A stretch of DNA of 63,742 bases, the filler included, from Conidiobolus incongruus B7586 (lineage: Eukaryota): NCBI GenBank assembly GCA_000697335.1. It is 8 parts of 8 records of this genome, joined end to end, with 100 filler letters (N's around TTAATTAATTAA, not from the genome) between each part and the next. Parts side by side here need not be neighbours in the genome. Positions count along the whole stretch, not along the records: positions 52,658 to 59,705 come from JNEM01006198.1; positions 59,806 to 63,742 come from JNEM01006210.1; 6 more parts are not named here. The stretch is one strand, 5' to 3'. Within the stretch, counting starts at the first letter, position 1, and every line of letters starts with the position of its first letter. Both the position numbers and the translations under genes were made by a program. Positions 53,969 through 63,742 of this stretch are shown here, piece by piece. Below the pieces are notes generated by a model. The model was not told the DNA's origin and searched no databases. It worked only from the letters and a program-made list of their open reading frames with translations.

Positions 53969-56638
53969 AGTGTGCATATTCCTCATTTAAATTAATATTT
54001 TAATTGTATATAATTTTATACATCTAAGGTTATGTTAATCTTAATTTAATATACTTTTATCTATTATAAAATACTGTTTTAATATATATAATATATTTAA
54101 AATATACTAATGATATCATATTTTATGTTTATTTATTTATTGTTATACAGATCATATCGGATTTGGTGTTTAGTGGATAATAACTTGATTTTACTTGAAT
54201 TGAATTAGGGTTTTTACTAAAAATAACTAAGATATTTTCTCAAATTATATGGCCAGGGGCAAGGATAAACTCTAGTCCCTAACTAATTATATAATTAAAT
54301 AACTAAAAATATTGAACTCTTTAACTATTAATTAATTTAAATAATATGTTAAGTACAAAATTTAATTCAGAGATGTTAGGTTATGGTTGTTTTAATTATC
54401 ATATGGTTGAACCACTTTAATTAGTAATATACAATGATGAATTAATATGTGAATTTATTTTAACAAATTTTATGGGGTAGACTTGAGCCTAATTTATCAT
54501 TTCAATTATTATAATATGATTGGATGATTAGCTATAAATTAATTCATTTATAATAAATTTAACATAAAATTTCATTCAAAAATCAAATTTAACATCTTAG
54601 TATTTTAATATAGATAGAAAGTTAAATAACATTTAACGCGGTTTATATATATATATATATGAAAATTTTGAAAATATTTAAAACTGATCAAATCAATCTA
54701 AAGTAACAGTGTATACATTCAAACTATTTTTAAAAAAATTCAATTATTTATATTTAGTTTTATTTTCCTTATTTAATACCAAAATCTAATTAATAATTTT
54801 GAAAAAATCAAAATCAAAATTAAAATTAAAATCCAAATATATTCTTTAGGGAAAATTTTATTATTATTTAGAGGATTATAGCGGAATCTAAAATTATTTA
54901 ATATTCTATTGTAATAATAATACTTCGAAGAGATTTTCATAATTTTCATTGATACAATTCCTGAATTTTTTGATTCAATTTATTTCCAAAAATAGACAAA
55001 TTATTTCATCATTTTGAATAATAGTAATGATGATCAAATTTTGAAATTATATTAATTTATAACAGGTTTGAAAATCTTATTCAAAAAGTATGAATAAATG
55101 GAATATTTTAATATTTGTTTTTGTATATATATTTTTTCTATTATTTCTATAAATTAATTTATTATTTAATATAATCAATCTAAGATTTATTAAGATGATC
55201 AATCTTTTATGTTATAAATTCAAATAAATTTTATTCATAATGGGGGAAACTAAATTTGAATATGTTGAAAATCAATGTTATCTCATTCAAAATGTAAAAT
55301 GTTTTCCTTTTCATCTATATGCTAACATTAAATATGGCTTTCATATTATAAGCATACCTTTTAATCGATGGAACATATAAACTCAACAGCTTATCATTTA
55401 TTAATACAAATGATTATTTCAATATATAATTATCCAAATATGATGTATTGACTATTTTTATTGAAACCAATTCAATCAGTAAAGATTGATAAAATTTTGT
55501 AAAACTTAGTGGTTCTGGCGTTGAAACTAGACAATCATTTAAATAATGTTAAATAAATTATTTGTTAAGGTTTTGAAAATGAGAAACCAATAATAAAAAG
55601 ATAGTAATTTGATTTGATGATATTTAAAGTAGGGTTTAGTAAGTTATCAAATGTATAACCTACAAACCCCATATCACATCCAAACAGTTTTTAAGATATA
55701 AGAAAATTTATTAATTGCATTATTATATTTAAGTATTCATATTTTCTGAATCAGGTTCATTAAATTGATTGTTCAGATAAAGCTTGCAATTCAATAGTGC
55801 TAATGGTGGCATTAAAGGAATTGAAAAATTATGGATTTTTATGGATTACCTGTTTCAAAAAAGATATCTTGAAGTAAAGAGCAAACAGGTATTCGAAGTA
55901 TTAAGAACTCTGTCTCAAAAACATAATAATGACTGCATTTTTTAATAATTAAAAGCGTACATGGATAAAATAATTTTCAGTTTCGCTGAAATTTAAATCA
56001 AAATTAATTGATTCTTCCATTATTCAGAAATTAAGATATATGAAAATTATTATTCAACTTTAATAATATAGTAAATACACGATTCTTTTTTGCATTATTG
56101 TGAATGAATTACTTCCAAGTATAATACTATAGTATTATTTGAAATATGCCCTTTATTTGTTTGATTGTAGATCATATTTTTTGGAATTTAGTTCCTCAAA
56201 TAATAACAGTTTTGATAATCAAGATTTGCACATGTCTATCTTGAATATTTTTGTGATATATTTATTAATTTTAAGTTAATAGTATACGTTTCTGTAATTT
56301 AAATAATATTAAAGTTATTTAACGATCTGTTATATTATAACTGCAATAATAAACATATCATGAATATAGCCTTACCAATACAATACCAAAGATCTTGATC
56401 CAGGAAATATATGTAATATTTTAATTCAATTATAACAATTTTAACCAATGAAATTTAACCAAATTGAAGTGACTTTTGAATTATATTAATACTCAATAAT
56501 TTGGATTAATAATAAACTAAAAATAACCACAATTTGATAAATTCAAATTCGATTCCTACAAATAGTTGATATCAATCGAATTCATTTTAATTGAATTGAA
56601 TAAAATAAAATATTATCCATTTATTCAATATTAAAAAA

Positions 56639-58358
56639 ATGTCGAGATTCAGTGATAAAAATAATAAAAAATTACAACAGAAGAATGAGAAAATTTTAGA
56701 AGAATTAAGTAAATTACCTGGTAATAACCATTGCTGTGATTGTGGTGCTACTGGTAAGTTTGATTAGATTTAATACTGTACTTGCATGTTAATTTGTTTA
56801 GGTCCTAGATGGGCTTCTTTTAATATTGGTTGTTTCTTATGTATTAAATGTGGTGGTATTCACCGTAAGATGGGTACTCATATTTCTAAAGTTAAATCTA
56901 TTTCATTGGATGCTTGGACTCCTGAACAAATTCAAGTAAATTACTTAACATATTTATTTTCATTTTTATTTAAATTTTGAATTTAGAATATGCAAGAATG
57001 GGGAAATGAAAAAGTTAACCAATATTATTTACCAAATGGAGAAACTAGAAAAATTCCTTCAGATCCTATGTATTCTATTCATCCATATTATCTCTTAGAA
57101 TTTAATCTCTAACATAATTGATTTTAGTGGAATGGAACAATATATTCGTGACAAATATGAGCATCAAATATTTCGTAGAGGGGCTGATGGTCGCTCCTCT
57201 AGTAGTCGCCATGAACCTTCAGGCTCTCCTCCCACAACTTTCAGTGCCATGCATACCCGTGCTTCAAACGCTCTTATCAAGTTACGTGATATGGGTTTTA
57301 CCAATACTGAGCTCAATAAGAAGATTTTGAGCCAAACCCAAATGGATGTAAATGCTGCAATTGAAATTCTTTGCAACTTACCCGATGAAGAACCATCTAA
57401 ATTACAACAACTCCAAGCTATGGGCTTTGATAATGCTGCGAAATGTGGAGCCGCTCTCCGTAAGGCTGGTGGCAACTTAGATAGAGCAATTGAATTATTA
57501 GTGCAAGATAGGGAGATTCGTAAGGCTGCGGCTGATAATGCTGCTCCTAAATCATCGCGTCATCACTCTAAATCAAATAATGCACTTCCTCCTCTTCCTC
57601 GCGAAGAATCTAAGCCAAAACAAGATATATTTGGATCCAACACCGATGACCAAGATGACGATTTTGGTGACTTCCATACTACTACCACCACTGACACAAA
57701 GTCATCCTCTAAGGATTATATTATGTCTCTTTTCGAGAGTAATCCACCCCAACCCACTTCGGCATCTACTCCCTCTAATGCTTTTAACATGACAAATAAC
57801 TTCAATCAACCTACTCAGTCCACGCAATTCAATAATAGTAATCCATTGGCTGGACTCAGTTTTGCTCCTGCCCCATCCACCACTATTCCACAATCTAACA
57901 CTCCATTCAGCAACAACCAACCATTCGGCAATAGCTTAGGATTCGGTGGCAATCAGACTATGGGACAAAATAACACTTCATTCAATTCTAAACAAGGATT
58001 TAATAGTCAAGGATTTAACAACCAATCATTCTCCACCAATACGTTGAATCCCACTCAATCATACAGTACATCCAGTCAAACTAACTTCAACCAATCATTC
58101 TCTAACCAACCAGCCTTTCCTGCACAGACCCCAGCATCAACTACGAGCATGGGACAATTGGAGAGCTCAATGGCCAACTTGGATCCTTTTGGCGACCTCA
58201 GTTCTTTAGCTAAGAAGACTTACTCCTCACCACCTAACCGCAGCACTCCAACCAATAACTTGGGAACAACTACTAGCACTAACTGCAGTACCAACAATAA
58301 TACTACAACACCTCCCAAGAAAGTGAATGTTGACGATTTATTGGATCTTCTTAATTAA
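56639..58358 (+). CDS. ArfGAP zinc-finger protein with two UBA domains (Gts1/Ucp3-like)
   Basis: Four exons. [47 protein letters not shown], two MGF-containing UBA repeats and an N/S/F-rich tail with DPF. Confidence 0.88.
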
Positions 58359-59705
58359 ATTACATTCTATTATAACAATGAATCCTGTTTTTGATTATTA
58401 TTTTTATTTTATATTTATATTTATATTAATTAATAATTTTATTTTATTTGAAAAATAATGGGAATATTATTTATTGTGTGATTGTATAAAGAGTTTTAAA
58501 ACCAGCGTATATATTATTTTAAAAAAACCCTTGATACCTCCTACCAGAATCTACCTGATGACCTTCTGCTTACTTGGCAGACATTTTGCCAATTTGCGCC
58601 AAGAGGCTATAATTAAATATCTAGAGTTTGTAATTCATTGCCAAAAGGTTTCATTTTTACATTATTGTCCAATATTAACTTGTTTTAAATAATTAGCTTT
58701 ACTGATTATTTAACTTTAAATATGTCCAATTTTTTCTTTAATATTAGTTTAAAACTACGACATACATATTTTATGATTCATCATTATCACTTTTCATATT
58801 ATTAATATTAATATTAATTTATTATTACATATTATTTAATTTAAAATTCAATTAATATAAAATTAAATAATTTTTCCTTTTAATTTGTTTTTTTTTGAAA
58901 TTATTATAATATAATTTTAATTTTTAAATTTTTAAATTTTAAAAATTTTAATTAAAAATGACATTTAAAATTATTAAATCTAATATAAATCAATGACAAT
59001 TATGCAAAATTTAATATTATCGTCTTGGTTTTAAATATAGGTATGCTAATTTTTAAATGTTATCTAAATCTATGATTTTAAAATTTATATCATAGTGGTA
59101 ATTTATAATCTAATTTTAAATGATTTAGTAATATTTTAATAATCCTTTTGGCAATATTTTCGATTATATTTTGATCAAATCATTTGTTAATCAGTTATAC
59201 TAGTTACTTTAGTTGAACAGATGTTTGATCAATTGACTGAATACCTAAATTACAATCAAATAATATATACTTATTAATATGATTTATAATTTATAATTTA
59301 TAATTTATTGAGTATAATATATATTTGCATTTTTTTTTAGATTTTTAAAAATAATTTTATAAAAATATAAAATAAAACTTATATACAATTTTTAAAACAT
59401 TTAATAGATTAAAATGATTTCAAGATTATATTCAAATTATAAATATTTTTACAAATATATATTTCAATTACTATATATTATAAAATATAACATCTGTTAT
59501 ATCATATATTTATCGAATATATAACATTAAAATTTATTATATTTGATAAGTAGTGGATAAATAATATTAACTTGAAAATTTATAAAATAAAATTTATTAA
59601 TAAATTCAAATTAATATAATATAATATAATATATAATATTAAGTTTTAATTCACTATTGTTATTATAAATTTCAATATAATAAACTAAATAATATATCTA
59701 TATTA

Positions 59706-59805
59706 NNNNNNNNNNNNNNNNNNNNNNNNNNNNNNNNNNNNNNNNNNNNTTAATTAATTAANNNNNNNNNNNNNNNNNNNNNNNNNNNNNNNNNNNNNNN
59801 NNNNN
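59706..59805. other. Artificial contig spacer
   Basis: N44-TTAATTAATTAA-N44. Confidence 0.97.
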
Positions 59806-61493
59806 GTCTAGGACCCGAATACATTGATGTCACATGGGGTGCTGGTGGTACTACTAGTGATCTTACTGTCGAAATCTGTACCACAGCACAACAAGTACAC
59901 GGTCTTGAGACAAGTATGCATTTAACGTGTACTAACATGCCTAAGGAAAAGATTGATATCGCTCTCAAACAAGCTAAACAAGCTGGTATTCAGAATATTT
60001 TAGCACTACGTGGTGATCCTCCTAGAGGACAAGAAAACTGGGAAAAATGTGAAAATGGCTTCAGCTATGCTGTAGATCTAGTTAAATACATTAAGGAACA
60101 ATATGGAGACTATTTCTGTATCTCGGTTGCCGGTTATCCTGAAGGTCACGTCGATTCCGGTGATGATAAAGATATTGATATTCAGTACTTGAAGCAAAAA
60201 GTTGATGCTGGTGCTGAATACATTGTCACTCAACTTTTCTATGATGTACCTCTCTTCTTGAACTGGGTTCAAAAATGTAGGAAAGCGGGTATTACTGTAC
60301 CCATTGTACCTGGTATCATGCCTATTCAGAGTTATAATGGATTCAAGAGAATGACTACTCTTAGTAAGACCATTGTTCCTCAATATATTCACGATGCACT
60401 TGATCCCATTAAGGACGATGATCAAGCAGTCAAGGATTACGGTGTACAACTCGCTATCGATATGTGTAAGCAGATTATGAATGCTGGTCTCTTAGGTTTC
60501 CACTTCTATACCTTGAATCTCGAAAAGAGTGTAAGGCTCATTCTTGAAGGCTTACATTTTGTTAACCCTGCTGAACTCTACAGACCTCTTCCTTGGAACC
60601 CCTCATTGGCTAAAAACCGCGAAAACGAAAGCGTACGCCCTATCTTCTGGAAGAATCGTACTCAATCTTACATCAGTAGAACAGAACAATGGGATGACTT
60701 CCCTAACGGTCGTTGGGGTGACTCCCGTTCACCCGCTTATGGTGAATTAGATGGTTACGGTATTTCTCTTAAGTTTAACAAGCAGCAAGCTCTCGAGATC
60801 TGGGATCATCCTACAACTGTTGAGCAACTTTCGGACTTGTTTGCTAAATATTGTCAAGGAAAAGTTTCCGCTCTTCCATGGTGTGATCAATCACTCGACA
60901 ATGAAACTCGTACTATTGAAAAGCAGTTAGTTCAAGTCAACCATATGGGTTACTTGACTATTAACTCTCAGCCCTCTGTAAATGGAGTCAAGTCCTCCGA
61001 TCCCATTTTTGGATGGGGTCCTAAGAATGGATATGTTTACCAAAAAGCCTATATCGAATTCTTCTGCAGTCCCGAAAAACTCGAGAAACTCGTCAAAGAA
61101 ATTGTCAAAGATCCTCAAGTTACCTACTATGCAGTCAACAAACATGGTGATTTGAAGACGAACAACCAAGTAGAGGGTCCCATTGCTGTCACTTGGAGTG
61201 TTTTTCCTGGAAAGGAAATTGCCCAGCCTACCATCGTCGAAGCCGCCAGCTTTATGGCCTGGAAGGACGAAGCCTTTGAACTTTGGAGCCAATGGGCTAA
61301 ATTGTACGATAGAGGCTCCGATAGCGAAAAACTCTTTGAAGATATTCGCGATAATTGGTTCCTCGTTAACGTAGTCGACAATGACTTCACAGCTCATAAC
61401 AAGATCTTCCAAATTTTTGGTATTGAACAAGATCAAGTCACTCAAAACGGTTTCGCATCCCAAAGGCTGACACCTGCTCCCGATTATCTTTAA
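59806..61493 (+). CDS. MET13: Methylenetetrahydrofolate reductase, 5' end in gap
   Basis: IDVTWGAGG, MHLTCTN, ILALRGDPP, VAGYPEGH, VTQLFYD, HFYTLNLE, and regulatory domain WDDFPNGRWGDSRSPAYG. Confidence 0.95.
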
Positions 61494-63742
61494 AACCAAT
61501 TTGTCAATATGAAACAATTGATTATATATACATATTTATGTGAATATTGATCACTATATTTTTAGCATTCATTTTATACTAAAATTTTTAATTGAACATA
61601 TTTTTCATAATAACTCATATTCTTAAAATAATAAATGAATATATAATATTTTAATTCTGTAAATTATACATTTATAATCTAATGATATACCAGTCATCCA
61701 AATATTTATGTTGTCAAATAATTCTAAAAAAATTTTGATAATTCAATAATGGACATTAATTTCAAAGTAATTGAACTTAATATTAAATATCGAATTGAAT
61801 AATAATAGATTATTTATTGATATTTACTATTAAATAATATAGTTAACAATAAAATCCTAAATATAATAATTCTATTATTTTATTGTTATTGAAAATCAAA
61901 AATTGAGAAAAATTTGTAATTATTTTTCAATTGAAATTTAAAATTTTTTAAAAAAAACAAATAGAGATTATAATTATTAAATAAATTATTATAATTATTA
62001 TGTTCTCTTGAAATATTAATTAATTTATATAATTATCTTTGAATTATTTAAATCAAATCTAATATTTTATATTACCTTTAATCAAATACATTTTTATTGA
62101 AATTATAATTAATTATATTATTATATTGAAATTGTTAACATTGTTTAATTAGTTTTATGATATAATATATATTGACATAAAATATTCTAGTCAAATAAAT
62201 TATTATATTCATTCGCATAATGTATATCATATAATTTGAATATTTAATCATATTTCATTCATTATCACTTTATTGAATTTTGCCAGTTTATAGCTCATAA
62301 TATATTATTGATATTAATATAATTATTATTATTGAACATAGCTACTTTACTGAATTATTATATTCAGCATTAATCGATATACATTTTTTTCTATTCAATC
62401 TATTCAAAATGCTTAATTATCAAATATCAATTTATATGAATAAAATTATAATTAATTGTTTAATTTTTCAAATAAAATAATATTTGCAAACTTTATTATT
62501 TATATATACTATTATAAGTTGAAAAAGTTTTTTGAAATTAAAGTCATTACATTATAATAAGAGAATTAAATACAAACTTTATTGAAGCTTGATTAATTTT
62601 TTCAAAATTAAAACAATTCATAAAATATTGGTGGTGAGATTCTGAAAATAATTTAAATTGGATATATTAGTTAAATAATATTTATATAGATAATAAAAAA
62701 TTTCATTTATTTTGATATTAAGTCATAAATATCTTTTTAAAAAGTATATTTATATTAGCTTTGTCAATTGTAATATTAAATTTTTTGCTAATTCAATATT
62801 TCAATCAAAAAATTAATTATATAATAAATTAATATTATAAGTTAGTTATAATTGGTCAGTATAAGAGTAAATATGATTCGATTTTTGAACTATGACTTAA
62901 TATTAATCCATAATAAATATCCCTGTTTAGTTTCAAGTAACTATATGATTTGTCCATTTATAAAAATGAAATTATAACAAATTTTTTCACAATATTATTC
63001 GTTTAGTTCTAATTAATAATATAATTAAATCCTAAATAACTCTTTAACCCTATGGATATTTTATTTATAATATACAGATCACTTTACAAATAAATAACTA
63101 TTAGTATCTGAAACGTTTATATCAATAGTAATGTATTTAAGATGTTAAGATCAATTATTTAGAACTATCTTCAAGTAATAAAAGATATGAGAATGATATA
63201 AACTTTGAGTTATATCAGCTATTAATAGTTTAAATTACTTATTTATGATAATTTATATATTCAATAAAATTTTTATTAATACCTATACTTATAGAAATTA
63301 ATCTTATTAAGTGTTTCAAAAAAATCGAATTAGAATTTACTATAGAAAAATAAATAATAGCCAAATTTAAAAATTAAAATTGAATCAATTTTTAATTTAA
63401 TATACTTTTTTTATATTCATAACTCTTTGTTATACTTCTGGTATACTCTTTATCCTTAAAAATCATTAACTTTTAACACAGACTAAAATTTAATATTTTT
63501 TAAATTAATTAAATTTATTCACAATAATTTTATTTCCTATGAGTATATTTTTTAATTATATAAATCTAATATAATTATAAAGGATATAATCTAATAAATA
63601 TATAAGATTTGATTTTTATTTTTAATTAATTTTATATATTTTATAATAATATAAAAAATTAATTTTTTTAATCTACAATAAAAGCCTTATTTAAAGATAA
63701 CTATATTTAAAAATATAAAAAACTTTAAATAAATTCAATCTA

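Noticed and set aside
58555..58610. CTGATGA followed by a stem, as a hammerhead ribozyme or C/D snoRNA
   Set aside because: No GAAA after the stem and no recognisable guide next to a D box.

Overview
AT-rich eukaryotic DNA from a fungus. Short GT-AG introns and a class V myosin-chitin synthase support this; an early-diverging lineage such as Entomophthoromycotina/Conidiobolus is my inference only. The window is eight contigs joined by seven artificial 100-nt spacers (N44-TTAATTAATTAA-N44). (1) 1-14.2 kb: a tandem cluster of five intact genes and one pseudogene of an unrecognised family of ~160-aa secreted proteins. It shows signs of gene conversion, has a shared upstream motif, and contains a GC-enriched, potentially structured island at ~3.06-3.39 kb. 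(2) Housekeeping genes: partial Yip1-domain gene, CDK8/SSN3, alpha-arrestin, CWF18, ELP6, PAM18, OFA-type MFS transporter, class V chitin synthase, P4-ATPase, ArfGAP-UBA protein and MTHFR. Four of them carry an oriented TCCCATAA motif ~85-105 bp upstream of the ATG. (3) A ~10.8-kb nest of dead transposons that the ORF track does not show (32.8-43.6 kb): a DD34E Tc1 element, two chromodomain Ty3/Gypsy copies and an unidentified host repeat, plus a solo LTR at 15.3 kb. These were destroyed almost entirely by C>T/G>A transitions, mostly CpA/TpG to TpA, and I saw no CpG in the nest. This RIP-like genome-defence signature is the most interesting signal, especially if the organism lies outside the Dikarya.
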